DNA of 64,000 nucleotides from Octopus vulgaris. Lineage: Eukaryota. The stretch covers positions 51,274,001-51,338,000 of the forward strand of contig OX597825.1 in assembly GCA_951406725.2 (NCBI GenBank), given 5' to 3'. Below, piece by piece: positions 12,299 through 26,419 of the stretch (positions are counted from its first letter, which is position 1; the number at the start of each line of letters is the position of its first letter). A model generated the notes under the pieces. The model was not told where the DNA came from and ran no database searches. It saw only the letters and a list, made by a program, of their open reading frames with translations. A program made the translations under genes and the position numbers.

Positions 12299-14150
12299 CA
12301 CACGTTTAAGTTTAACAATAAAATATATGCCCAGGACGAGGGAGCAGCCATCGGCGTTAGTATCGCTGGTGATGTGGCCAACCTTTTCATGGTATAGTGG
12401 GACAGAAGGCTTAAAGAACGCCTAACACAGAACTCCATACTCGTAAACATGTACTCTCGCTATGTTGATGATATCAACATAGTGGTAAAGGCACCCCCAC
12501 AAGAGAGTACTCTTGATATAGTAATAGAAACTAATACTATGAAGAGCATCCAGCAAATAGCTAACTCCATCCACCAGAGTATTAAGGTCACAATAGACTA
12601 CCCCACTAAACACCCCAACCATAGACTACCAGTACTAGACACTGACCTCTGGCTAGAAATTGTGAATAATAAGACCCAAATCCTTCATTCATACTATGCC
12701 AAACCTATGGCCTCAAAATACTTGATCCACTGGAACTCAGCCATTGCAGACGATGCCAGAATCAATATTTTGATGGCAGACCTCGTCAGAATATTGAGAA
12801 ATGTGTCACGCATGTGCGAGCCTACATAGTTAAAGAGACACATACAATATTTCATTCACCGCATGCAGTTCTCAGGTTACAGCCATAAAGAAAGGATCAG
12901 AGTATACAAAGGAGCCATGAAGAAATTTGATAATATATTATGTAATGATAGGAATGGGATTTACCCACTCTATAAGAACAAGTCATGGAACACTATAGAA
13001 AGGACAAAAAAGAAATAGGGAAGGCCAACTCTTGGTATGATAGCCATAAATACCAGAGTGTCATGTTCGTTGACACCACCCATGGAGGTGAACTGGCGTA
13101 CCGCTTTAGAAGGACCCTAGACAAACTTAAGCTAAGGATTAAGGTTGTTGAAAAGCCAGGCAACCCTATCAAATCTATAATTGGTAGAACCTATCATTTT
13201 AGTAGAACCCCCTGTATGGATAAGTACTGTACTGTATGTAGATTTAGCCCACAAACAAACTGTAAAGCCAGAAATGTAGACTATAGTATAAGATGTATAG
13301 AGGGACGATGCAGTAACAAGACAACGACATACATAGGGGAAACGGCAAGAAGCATAGGAGATCGGGTAAATAAACATGAGAGACAACTCAAGGAAGGTAA
13401 AAGCTCATCGATTCTGTACCAACACGCCGAACAGGAACCCGGGGGATCAATCAACAACATAGAAATTAAAATATTGTCCACACATAGAACAGATGCAACA
13501 ATCAGACAAATTACAGAAGCTACACACATAATAGAAAATAAACCTAGCCTGGATAGAAAACTAGAATGGAACACTAGCACACACCACAACATATGACGGT
13601 AGAGGATCCCGAAAACATAATAAATACACAGATAAATTAAACAAATAGGAATAAATAACTATATATATTGTTTTATTTTTTATTTTATTTTTTAAAAAAT
13701 GTTTATATTATTTTAATATATTTTTTTTTCCGATTTATTATTATTATTACTAGTGTTGTTGTTATACATACAAGCATATGTAATGATAATAATAAGTGGA
13801 TGTAAACACATGAACAAAATATGAATAAACAAAAACAACAACAAAAACAAATTACATGAACGTATATAAACAGAAGATACAAATATTACAGGCATCCCCC
13901 CCCACACAAACACTAAATAAACATATACGCACATAGAGATATAAGCATGCGCAAATGAAGACATACGATAGAAATACAAAATGGCTGACGGTTAGTAAGA
14001 AGAGACAAGAATAAGAAGAAAACAAAGGACCACTGATGCGGTCACAGGAGTGTGACAAAAGAACTCTGGCCGAAATAAGATTAAGATTAATGTAAACAAT
14101 GAATAACACTGAAGCAAAGTAACACCAAATATATAGTGCCTGTTTTTATT
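12299..14150 (+). mobile_element. Penelope-like element, 5' truncated: RT C-terminal half, GIY-YIG endonuclease and 3' non-coding region
   Basis: GAAIGVSIAGDVANLFM...YSRYVDDI (RT), LPVLD/YYAKP thumb region, C-x2-C then NVDYSIRC...YIGETARSIGDRVNKH (GIY-YIG); interrupted by stops. Confidence 0.88.
12449..13596 (+). pseudogene. PLE RT-GIY-YIG polyprotein pseudogene
   Basis: ORFs 12449-12829 and 12985-13596 in the track. Confidence 0.85.
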
Positions 14151-14189
14151 GGCTAAACTGGCGAAATGACCATTCCGAAATATAACAAT

Positions 14190-14202
14190 ATTATTATTAT
14201 TA

Positions 14203-14233
<31 letters not shown>

Positions 14234-14261
14234 CATTATTATTATTATTATTATCATTATA

Positions 14262-14302
<41 letters not shown>

Positions 14303-14325
14303 AATGATGATGATGATGACAATGA

Positions 14326-14411
<86 letters not shown>
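14190..14411. repeat. Compound trinucleotide repeat (ATT)(ATG)(CTA)(ATA)
   Basis: Directly visible. Confidence 0.95.
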
Positions 14412-14413
<2 letters not shown>

Positions 14414-15581
14414 TGACATAGAAAGACTATATATACAACGTATAGAAGGGGGTAGAGGCCTTATACAGCTGGAAAACTACTATAAAATAACCACCATAGG
14501 ACTGCAAAAATACCTACTTCAGAAGGAAGGAAAACTGATCCAGATAGCAGCAAAACAAAAAACTGTTCTCAGTATTTAAGGAAGCTGACAAATACAAACA
14601 AGAAATCATACCACCTAATAAACACAAAGAAGAAGAAGATGATGAAGAAACAACAAAAGCTATAAAACAAATGAAATCCAAACTAAAAATAGAACAGCAA
14701 CGAGCCATGATAAAACGATGGCAAGGAAAACCCCTTCATGGTAAATACTGCACTAAACTAAACACAAAAGAAATAGACAAAGAAAAATCCCAGCAATGGT
14801 TGAGAAGCTCAGGACTCAAAGCAGAAACAGAGGGATTTTTAATTGCAGCACAAGACCAAAGCCTCCCCACCAGAAATTACCAAAAACATGTAATGAAAAG
14901 AAATATTACAAGTAACTGCAGAATATGTGGAGATGGACAAGAAACAATAAATCATATTATCTCTAGCTGCCCAGTCCTGGCTAAGAAGGAATATATTCAC
15001 AGACATGACAGAGTTGGAACCTACATACATTGGAAGCTATGCCAACATTATGGAATAACAACAGAAAAAAGATGGTATAGGCACACACCAGAAAAGGTCA
15101 CAGAAAACGAGAAAGCAACCATACTCTGGGATATGCCGATACACACAGATAGAGAAATTAAGGCCAACAGACCAGATATAGTTGTCAGAGATCATGAAGA
15201 AAAAAATGCTTTCTAATTGATGTATCAATACCGGCAGATGACAACGTGTCTCTAAAAGAAATGGAGAAACTCTCAAAATACAAAACCTGGAAATAGAGGT
15301 AACTAGAATGTGGAACCTGAAAACAGAAACAATTCCTATCATAGTAGGTGCATTAGGCATGATAAAAAAATATTCAGACAAATACATAACAAAAACACCA
15401 GGACTTACAAACACATATAACATACAGAAAATTGCACTACTAGGCACTGCACACATCCTACGCAGAACACTTTCCATACAATAACCATCAGAGCATTACA
15501 ACAAATCACAGCACATACCCAAGGCACACAGAGCTGCGCTCGGTAGTGAAGTGAAAGCACGCTATAAAAATAAAACTACTG
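14412..15581 (+). mobile_element. 5'-truncated R4/Dong-like non-LTR retrotransposon inserted in (TAA)n
   Basis: DIERLYIQRIEGGRGL, LHGKY, ETEGFLIAAQDQ, CCHC finger CRICGDGQETINHIISSC, RHD, ILWD...NRPD RLE domain; (TAA)n on both flanks; a few frameshifts. Confidence 0.9.
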
Positions 15582-15843
15582 AATAATAATAATAATAATA
15601 ATAATATCAAAGACGTCGCACATTATATGATATCGTGAGGTTGTTGATTGAAAAGATCCGTTCACTTGAGTCGTATACGTATTCTTTCTCACTGAGTTGG
15701 TATTGAATGCCTGGTCCTGAGAAGCGATGATTAGGCTTTCAGTATTCATTTTAGGTTAACCTTGATGGGCCACCCCCATGATGTTTCCTGGAATTTTCTT
15801 TGTTGGTTTCACGGTTGCTGCTGCTACCACTACTACTACTACT

Positions 15844-16252
15844 AGGTGAATGAAATTGGCGAGAATGTTAAGAGTGAACGAGCCAGCGCTTAGAATACGC
15901 CTATAGCTGGAAAGAGTGTATGTAGGCCTCAACTCTGTCAAAGCTAGCACCGTAATACAAATCCATCACTAGAAAATGTGCAAAGACAATAAATAATGAT
16001 GATAATAATAATAATAACAACAACAACAACAACAACAGTAGTAGTAGTAGTCTACTACTACTGCTGTTGTTGTTGTTGTTATTATTATTATTATCATCAT
16101 TATTTATTGTCTTTGCACATTTTCTAGCGATGGATTTGTATTACGGTGCTAGCTTTGACAGAGTTGAGGCCTACATACACTCTTTCAAGCTATAGGCGTA
16201 TTCTCAGCGCTGGCTCGTTCACTCTTAACATTCTCGCCAATTTCATTCACCT
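15844..16252. repeat. Fold-back inverted duplication with about 200-bp arms
   Basis: 15844-16050 is the reverse complement of 16052-16252 with few mismatches and small microsatellite length differences; centre gtagtag-t-ctactac. Confidence 0.95.
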
Positions 16253-19200
16253 TTCGGCACACTGACTAGAAGACTTCCCTCTCTACCGTTATTTTCCTTT
16301 TCAAGTGAAACTTGAAGTAGTTCTTTAGGGATTAGCCGAAGAGAAACGTATTTGTTTTCTGACCCTTTAATATCGTCCACCACACTTCTTCTGCCATGGC
16401 CACCAGACATATAAAAACAACTTTTCTTCCCAATTAAAGGAAGGCGGCGGAACGATCTTCATGAGGGATCCTGATAATTGCCGGATATGTTCCACACGTG
16501 ACATCAGGGTTTCGACATAAATCCACAGGTCAGCAATGCTCGGCACTGAACAAGTGCACGCAGGCCCGTCTCCTTGTCCTGTACGCATCTCGGACGTGCT
16601 CGGCTGACGGCACTTTTGTGCTTGTGAAGTTTATCTTGAACAGGCAAAGTTCCTCGGTAGCACTGCCAGGCTAGAGATTTTTGGAACTTATTCATTGGTC
16701 CTGGCCTGAAAGTTATCCGGAAAATGTGACAAGCTTATCTTCGACGCCGAAGGTCTCCTCAAGAACGTCGTCGCACTTTTCCCCCACGGAACCTCTATAA
16801 AAGGCTAAGATGGGCGTTCTACCTACCGCACTATCCGATTGGCTGAGGGCCGTGAGCTCTTGAAGACATTCCACTCTCCAAAGCTCCCCCTCGATCACTG
16901 TTTTACCCAGGACGGCAGTCCGTTAAGGAAACTAGCTGCGGAAATAGGGTCTGACGAACGGCAACCACAGCTGTTCACCGCTAAGAAGGACTGGAAATAT
17001 CGTAGCCTCAGCGCATGTCTGACAAATCACGACGGTCAAACGATAGTAGATGACGAGCGCGATATATGCGTTAGCAACTTCTGCCCTACCTTTCTGGGAC
17101 AGATTTCTCTCGGCCCATTCCCTGGTGAAAGAAGTCACCCTGCTCCTTACCTGCCGACACGCATCTCCCACGTCATAGGCCACACGGGATGCCTCTCAAC
17201 GTAGAAGAGGCAAGTAGAAGGGGACAGCCTTGTCGGACCGAGCGCATGATGTTGGACGGCTCTGAGAGGTGACCGTTCACTCTGACCACTGAACAAATAT
17301 TACTGTGCATTGCAGTGATCCAGCCTCTGAATACAGTACTGAAACTAGCTGCCTTGGGGACCACCGCCGGGTATAGATGGTCGACGCTAACGAGAGCTTT
17401 AGACTTATCTAATTTGATCATGGCCTCATCCGTGCCAGGTTCTTTAGCCACATTTTCAATGATGTTTCGCATGAGGTGGAGGTTGTCGTGGATGGATCTT
17501 TTCCGGTTGGCACATGTCTGTACCTCCCCTACCAGATCCCCGACGGGAAGTGCCAACCTCGTAGCTAATAACTTGGACCAAATTTTGAACTTTGCATTCA
17601 GCAGATTTATAGACCTAAAGTTGTCAAAACAATCCCATTTGCTCGGGTCTTTTCTCTGCAACTTCACACCTCCCCGGCTCACAAAACTAGGAATTCTCCC
17701 ATTCTGTTAGCAAACGTTTGCTAAGAGGTCACCGGGCATGTCTGCCATGTAAGCGTAAAGCTAGTATAGCAGAGCATCCTCACTAGGCGATTTACCCCGC
17801 AGTGTTTCACCTCCGTCGTCGAGAGCCGTGGCCACCCATCCATGTAGGACATGAAATCCATCTTGCGACCAGAATCACCGCTGCTCCCGAAGAGTTGAAC
17901 GAAGCGCCACTGAAAGATCTCACATATCTGTTCCAGATCAGTTACCATTTACTCTTCGTGGTTCAACAAGAATCGGATCGTAGATGTATTGCCACGCCGT
18001 GTCTCTGCCACTCAGGCTTATTAAACAGAATTCGGCACTACGTATCTAAGTGCTCACGCCTTAGGTCTGACAACACAACCTTCGTGTTTTGGGTCGAAGA
18101 ATTAGTCGAGTGACAATCTCGCTGCGAAGCCTTTCCTAAAAGTCTCGTCTAACTTCTTCACTAGCTCTGTCTCTACTCTGACTTGTTCTACAACTAGTCC
18201 TTTGCTAAACCTTATCGATTCTATTCCAATTGCCCTTTTAAGGGCTAACCACCATTTGCTGTTGATTATTGTCCCCGTCAATGCACTCTTAATTAGTTCA
18301 GTAATCTATTTTCTGAAATCTTTACGCGCCGGCAACGACATGTTCAGTTTTCAGTAACCGGGTCCCTGTCTATGAAGTCTAAGTCGACTGTACAGATCAC
18401 GGATTTGTGGTGTGTGTAGTCGGCTACTTTAAACTATGGACAATCTACGCTATCCTTATCTGGTAGTCTACAAAATACCCTGTCTAGATATGATCTGGAT
18501 GAGTCGATGCAGTTTGACCATGTCCTCAGTGAAACATCCGGGAAATACAGTCGATATCTGTCAGACAGTTGGAAACATCTGAGCAGGTTTAAGAGGCTTT
18601 TGCCCCATCCTCTCCTATCCGCTACGCCTACACAATCCCACTTTAGATATAAAACTCCTTCCCCCCCACCACCACTAAAACTAAAGAGCAGGACGTTCGC
18701 TGGAAAGCTTGCTGGCGTCTAAGAAATCTGATCGTCTTGCTTCTGTCAGGGCATAGACGGCATCTAGGTTAAAAGTATGTTCTTCGCTGTCTGTCACGTC
18801 CAGGACCGCCGACTTACCGTTAAGATCCAGGAAGATCGTCCGTAATGCAAGACTCAGATGTTTCCGAACCATCACGGCGTCTCTACCTCCCGCTCACGGA
18901 CGACTTGGAGATGCGTACACCTCATAGCCACCGAAAATAGGTCGGACGTCCCGTGAGTCGGAAATTCTGGTTTCGCTAATGGCCACCACGTCGACATTCA
19001 GTTCCCTGAGGTCGCTGATCAGGTGATCGCGCTTAATTCGGGCCGCATAATTCACGCTGCATATTTTGTACACGACCATGTTGTCGGAAAAAGAGAAGAA
19101 AAGAAAGAGTAAACTTACTTAGTCTTGTTTGGAAGGGCGGATTGCCTGTCCCTCCCGTTGGCTTGGGGTGTTTCCAACAGCAAATCACCAAGAATTCTTT

Positions 19201-20790
19201 TGGTGATATTCTATCGAAAATCTCCGAATCCCTGTGGGAAATGGGTTTCTATGTGTGTGTTTAAGTTTTGTGTTGTTTGAATGATATGTAAGTGTGCAAG
19301 TAGGGAGAATGTGGGTGCGAGAAAAAATCTTTTGTTGTAAAATTTGGGCGTGTTATTATATATTTAATTAATTCAACGTTTTTTGAGTTTATTGCCATGT
19401 AGTTCGTAATTTTACTGTCTTTAAGTTGTGTTTGTTGTTGTTGTTGTTGTTGTGGTGGTGGTGGTGGTGGTGGATGTGGTTGCGTGTGTAGAATGGCTAA
19501 TGTTTCGGGTGTTAGAGGTTGTGGTGTCGATGCAGTATTTGTTTTGGGCGTGTCTGTTCTTCTTGTTTTGATTTTTTCCCTTTCCACTTCTTGTGTAGAT
19601 GAGGATTGTTATTGTTGTTGTTTCTCCATATGTTTATTTTCCCTTCTGTCTCTTTTACGTTTTTTCTTGTGTTTTGTTTTTAACTGCCAGTCTTCATTGC
19701 GGTCCGTCTCTCCAGCTGTGATGTCAACCCACTTGGGAAGTGGAACAACTTCGGGCACTGAGAAGTGTTTGGGTGAACTCGGTGTCGGTATGGATGTTGG
19801 TGTTGGTGTTGCGGGTGCTATGGCTGAATCTGCTGGTGGTGATGCTGCTGCTGTTGTCGCTGGAGTTCTGATGTCTGTAGTTGGTGTAGAGAGGAGAGGT
19901 GCCCGTCTCTGTTTTCTGTTTTGTTTAGAGAGTCGACTTGTAAATTCTAAGGTGAAAAGCAAAGGTAGCACTTTGCTTTTCTTCCATCAACACTTACGAG
20001 AATGATGGTGCCTCTGGGAATAAGAATCTGACCTGGGGCGAGATCCACATTCTTTTGTGCTGCTTAAATGAGGGGTTCTACGGTCATTCCAGACCAGTTT
20101 TCCTTTTTGATCTGATAGGTTTTGAGGATTTTCGAGTTTTCCTCAATGTCTATCATCACTGCTGCAATTAGCCAAGGAATGGCCATTCCTGGCGGCAGCT
20201 GCTGGATTATACTTTTTGTCAGTCTCTGACCGCAGTAGTAAGGAACTAGTAACGGCTCCTCGCTTTTAAGGGGATTCAGAGGGTGATGTTTGACCTCTTC
20301 CTCGGTGTGGAATTGAATGTCCACCATTCCATAGTCCTTTCCTCTCTGTATATATTCTTTTAGATTCCAGACGAAATCTAAAGCTTGTATTTGAGCCTCT
20401 ATGGCTCTTTCCAACCTCCTTGACTTTAGCCCGATTGTACGGTACGTCACTGTGCGACGTATCGTAGCTTAGATTGTCTCAGGTGGAGTATTCAGCTTTA
20501 CCGGTAGTCGAAGACGGCTACCTTCCTCTTTGAACAAGACCTCATTGACTTTTTCAGGTTCCTCATGAAAGGGAAAGTGAGGTTGAAGAGGGAGGTACTC
20601 TTACACAGTAAGTTTGTTGAAAGGTGAGTGAATGTATCAAGTTTCAATTGGAAAGGAATGTGAGGGTGGAGTGGGAGGTGCTGTCCTCGAGTGAATTTAT
20701 TGAAAGTTCCGAAAATAGTCAATTGAATGATATTGCTCTAAGTATAGGGCTTTGAGTCAGAAAAAATTGCACAGGTCATTGCCCTAGGTG
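16052..20790 (-). mobile_element. Near full-length decayed L1-clade (Tx1-like) LINE
   Basis: ORF1-like pieces 19261-20450; APE start MVVYKICSVN...VDVVAISETR (18894-19079); RT FRSINLLNAKFKI...LDKSKA...SVRQGCPL (17173-17682); C-terminal LAWQCYRGTLPV; AATAAA then (AAT)n tail. 5' boundary approximate. Confidence 0.85.
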
Positions 20791-21437
20791 TTTGAGGAGA
20801 TCGTGGGCGGTGGGGTTCGTCGATTATCCCTGCAATATCAGAAAGACCACATCACTACCATCCTTTCCCCCTCTTTTCTTTTACTGTTGCTATGTATGCA
20901 TGTTTTTTTTGGTTATGTTGCATACCGGGTATGGCTTTTTAAATGTAACCAAGTCTATGTATAGCCCGCTCGTGTAGATAAATTGTCTCTTTAATGTCTG
21001 TCTTTTCTTGCACTTGTGGCAAATATAACAATTTTAATTTTTATTTTTATTCTCATTCATATTTTGTTATTGTTATTGTTTTCGTAATTGTTGTTCTTGT
21101 CGTCGTTGTTGTTGTTGTTGTTTTCTCCGTTGATTGTTAGCTGTAATCATCAACCGGCTCCGTAGCTTCGTTGCTCGTCATTCGCCTATGGCGTTCGTTC
21201 TCCACTCTGAAGAAAGAGGAGACGCCGAGAGACCATTTCTAACACGTAATATATTCTCTGATAGAAATGGAAATTACAAGGAAATTGCTATGAAATCTCT
21301 TTCATGATCTTTGGATTCGTCGGAGGAAATTGTAAGATTCCTCACGGCACTACTGGCCAAATGAAGAGAGTATTCTTGCAACCACATACGCACAGAACGG
21401 TATACACGCTGTCATACACACGTAGTATGTATGTGTG

Positions 21438-21654
<217 letters not shown>

Positions 21655-22080
21655 AGAGAAGAGAAAGGTAGATAGATATAGATTCATATATATCTACATT
21701 TGTATGTATAGATATATGTTAGTACATGTGTCCGTGTTTCAGTGTGCCTGTGTACACACAGACTCGCAGTTACGTATGTATGCGCACGTTCTATATCACT
21801 CGTCGCAATTATGACATTCATAATACAGATGTAGGTGTTGCTTATTTTGATCGTAAGGGTAAATAATATTGTTAGCTCTGCATAAAAGATATTGGAAGTG
21901 CAGTATAAACAATATTGCAAACCCAGTATAAAAGATATTGGTGACTCAGGCTAATAATATTGAGTTAACAGTAACCTATTGACTAACTGCAGTGAAAATT
22001 CAGTAAAAGGGGACTGTCTAGAATAAATATAGCATAATCCTGCCTGTCTGTTTGTCTGTCCCTTTCGGTATACTCACACG

Positions 22081-22176
<96 letters not shown>

Positions 22177-22899
22177 TTCCAATACATATATACATATATA
22201 TATACATATATACATATATGTAGTGAGTAATGTAAAAAATTACAAAGGATATATTATAAATAAAGATTATTTATGAATATATCACTGGCCAAATTATGTT
22301 ATCATAAAATATGAAGAAGAAAAACGTTTATAATTATAAACACGGCACAATTGTAACTAAGAGGTTTAAAAAAATCCTTACATGTTAAAATAGCAGCCAA
22401 AACCGTTATAAAGCCAAAATATCACTCATGTTATTTCTCCTCTCGATAAAAACTGTCTTCGGGTGACATGGCAAATAGAATCCACAACTTAAAAATAATT
22501 GGTTAATTCCCAATTGCAATCTCGGCGTTAGGGACCACTTAAGGGTCCCATTCGTCTCGTCAGGGGAAATATTCCTATAGATAGAAATCAAAACATAATT
22601 TAATAATGCACTGCATAGTTTTTTGGATAATTTGCCTTGAGGCTAGCATGAATCCCGATCGGCAATAGAGATGTTTTCACCTCTATCTACACAATCAAGC
22701 TTTGAATTCAAAAGCCATGCACAGTGTTTATGTGAAAAGACTGGTAATTTCGATCTAAGGGAAAAATCACCATATATGAGTTAGGGAAGTTTAAATATAT
22801 ATACGCACTAAATCATAAAATTTTTGGCTACTTGTCCTCATCTCTCAACTATCAGATAGACTACCTTTTTTAAGCGTTATTCCTGCATTATCCAACCTA

Positions 22900-23020
22900 G
22901 CTGGAGTAAACATTATCTTGTATCTCTACAGGGTGGATAAGATAAAACTACCAGTCAAAACAGGAATCGATGTTACCGGCTAAATCCACGCCTCGAATTT
23001 GTTAGCCTTGTGCCTAAATA
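22900..23020 (+). mobile_element. SINE family B fragment
   Basis: gataaaactaccagtc...atcgatgt resembles 52750-52800. Confidence 0.5.
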
Positions 23021-23233
23021 CAATTTATGGAGGTAACTGTCTTCGAAAACTCACATTGTCATTGAATGCTCGAAATGAGGAGTAGATATACAGTCGACAA
23101 CTGATGAAGGGTCGTTTTTTGTGTTCCTTGTCCTGCTTTCCATTTTCTCTCGTTGTCTGCGTATTTAACTCGTTTGTTTTCGTAGTTCATGTTGTTTACA
23201 CAGTTGTACCCATATACATATGTACCCCCCCAC

Positions 23234-23274
<41 letters not shown>

Positions 23275-25469
23275 GACCACATTGATTCGTATTCTCCACA
23301 TGCAATAATATAGTGATTTGAGTAAAATATTGTGAAATACTCCACGGATTTCTCATTTAAGGCATCTGGGTTAAAGCTATGCATCACCCCACCTGCATGT
23401 AGAATACTCACACGCACACAAATAAACTATAATAAAGAAAACTCGAAGTGAGGTATATCCATTACACGAGTGCAAGTTTACATATACGCACACACACAGA
23501 AACACACATATGCATTCACCCTCCAACTCAGATGACCACAAACCTCTCAGTAATCGCTCGAAGTCCAAAAAGAAAAGGAAATTGAATCCCAATGCAAAAT
23601 GTCGTGTATTCACTTTTATGCATTATGATTACTACATTTTCTAAACAGAGTTCTACATACGGACCGTAGATATATGTTTCATATACCTCCTCCACAAAGT
23701 AATACAATCATTTAAACGCACTTACACAATCATAACACCTAAATTGTGATGGTGATGTGACAAGTATATCTGTTAAGGCTGTATTGGGTAAAATACATTT
23801 GGTAAACCTGCAGCGAAGATCTATACGATCCAGTTAACGATATAGTGACAGCTTCCGGTAACACAACCGCTGCCACCGGAAGACATCAGCAAATGATACT
23901 TAATCTACTTCGGCCATATTACTTACAATATCACATTATTTTCATATACAATTATTAGGTCCATTATTTCTGTGGCGGATGATGGTGATGATAGTTGTGG
24001 CAGTAGCGGTGGTTTTGATATTAATGTTTAGTTAGTGATCAGTGTGGTTGTAGTGTACTGGCTGTGATAGTGTTGGTGGAGGTTAGATTAGTGGTGGTGG
24101 TGTCAAGATGCAAGTGGTGGTGTTGTGTAGTGTGATATCTGCAGTAGCGTTGGACGCGATGGTGGTGGTGAGGGTGGGGTGGTGGTCGTGTAGTGGCAGT
24201 GACAGTACTGTCATTTTTGTAGTTATTGACTATCCCGATTTCTGGTCTCATGAAAACAGACATCCCATAATTTTCCTCTGTTCATGGAACCTAAGAAACT
24301 TTATCAAGCGTTTCATTTACAAAGATGATCGAGGATTTGATAGGAGGGCGGTTTATTTCTGATGGAGATCGATATTATTACTTTTAGTGCTGTCAGCACA
24401 ACGAAGTCCTAGTGGTGGGTGTAAAGATACATGATCAAGCAGAACATAGAGGCCCGGTTAATAACATACTGGTTAAGGTACTATTATCAACGCATAGAAC
24501 TGACACAAAACTTAGATTATAGAGGCTACACAAATTGCAATAGACAGACCGAGCCTCAACAGGAAACACAAACGAAACAATAACACCCACCACCATCACC
24601 ACCACCACCACCACCACGAAACACGACGACTAAAGGCAGGAAGGAGAAAAAAAAACCCAGATACAAGCAGTGTAATACACACACACAATAGACAAATAGT
24701 CACATGCCTATGATAAATCTAAGAAATTGAGATAAATAGGAAAACAAAAAGTATATAAAGGTCACGAATACAAACAACATAGTAAGGGAACACGTATACA
24801 GATACACAGATACACATAGAGTAACTTCACAAACGGCCGCAGCAACATCAATAATGCCATGAACAACAGCAACAACAGAACAACAACAACAGCTACTACC
24901 ATGGTAACAGAGTGAGCGAGCACACAAACACAGAGATACAGAAATGATGAAGGGAAACAGCAGTGACGACGGGAGAAGGGACGGCGTGTGGGGAGGGTCA
25001 TAGTGCTACTAAGAACAATGTCAATACCGATGACAACAATATGAAGGGTATAAGCCCATAGATACACACAAAGCACACATGCGAAAAGCATAGACACGCG
25101 TACGCACACGCACATACACACATGTATACTCACACACATGCACACTCACGCACATGTACGCTCACACACATGTGCAATGACACATGTACGCACATATAAA
25201 TACAGACACAAACGTATGTGCATAGAATAATACACATCATAGAGGAACATAATAGACAAAACGGAGCAGGAGCACACACGAGGACGGAAAGTATGAATGA
25301 AGAGGTCACCGATGTGTGACGAAATATTTCCGGGCAATGAACACGAGTTAAAATAAGAACAGTAATAAACAAGTGAAGAAAGAATATTTAGTTCGTGTGT
25401 TTATTTGGCCAAAAAATATTGAATATCCTCAAATATAGCAATATATATATACATATATATCCATTGGAC

Positions 25470-25620
25470 CTCTTTCAGTTTTCAACTATCAAATACATTC
25501 ACAAGGTATTGGCCAACTCGGGGTTATAGAAGAAGCCACCTGCCAAAATATACCGTCCGGCAGGACCGAAGCCGAAACCATGTGGTTGGGAAGCAAACTG
25601 CTAACGATACAGTCACGTCT
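25470..25620 (-). mobile_element. SINE family A 5' part
   Basis: ctttcagtttt...cacaaggtattgg...gaaaccatgtggttgggaagcaaact matches 11575-11720. Confidence 0.7.
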
Positions 25621-25635
25621 GTACATACAACACCA

Positions 25636-25740
25636 GGGAGCAGCATAGTATAGTGGCTAGGGTTTGGGGCTCATGATCACAAGGTTGCTGGTTCGATTAC
25701 TAGGGTGAAAGTAAAATTATATCCTTCAGCAAGGTACATA
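25636..25740 (+). mobile_element. tRNA-derived SINE head
   Basis: A-box-like tagtatagtgg and B-box-like ggttcgatt; no complete cloverleaf. Confidence 0.5.
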
Positions 25741-26375
25741 ACTTCACGATTCTACAGTATCTTCACACACATAAACATTCACAAACACATACATACAAAC
25801 ATACACACATACGTACAAACACACACACGCACACATTCTTGTGCAGTCCAATCGTGACGGTCAAATGTATTTAGTTTAGCATGTGAATGTTGACGGCTTG
25901 AAAGTATGAAGCTACAAACACCTACAGTGCTACGAAAGAAAGATTGTCGCTGCGATAGAAAGTTTTGACAGTGAAACATAGGACATAACATCTAAAACAT
26001 AACCGTGCCCGCATCGATCTGTATGCCAGCCTCGTTTCCATATTATCTGTTTGGCTATACGTATAGGAGAATAAACCAATGAGTATATCCGCATTTTATT
26101 TAAATGTATATTACGAACAAGAATACAGTATCTATATATGTTTATATATATATATATATATCTTTCTCTCTCTCTCTCTCTCCCTCTCTCTCTCTCTATC
26201 TATCTATCTATCTGTACAACACACATATATAAACGAGTGGACAAACATATGCATGTATATTTGTGTGTGTATGTGTGAATATACATACACACACATATGC
26301 ATGTGTATGTAACGTACTTTTATATTCACGTGTAAAACTATTACATAACCTTCTACGTAAATTGCGCAATATCGG

Positions 26376-26419
<44 letters not shown>

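Noticed and set aside
16950-16975. ctgacgaacggcaac, resembling the 62.8-kb hammerhead
   Set aside because: Lies inside the L1 ORF2 region with no GAAA or stems; chance similarity
23068-23115. gctcGAAA...CTGATGA, a possible permuted hammerhead
   Set aside because: Stems I and III cannot be paired convincingly
24445-24565. Minus-strand CTGTTGA followed by a long-range ggctcggt/accgggcc stem
   Set aside because: GAAA is absent (tcta), so it is too degenerate to call
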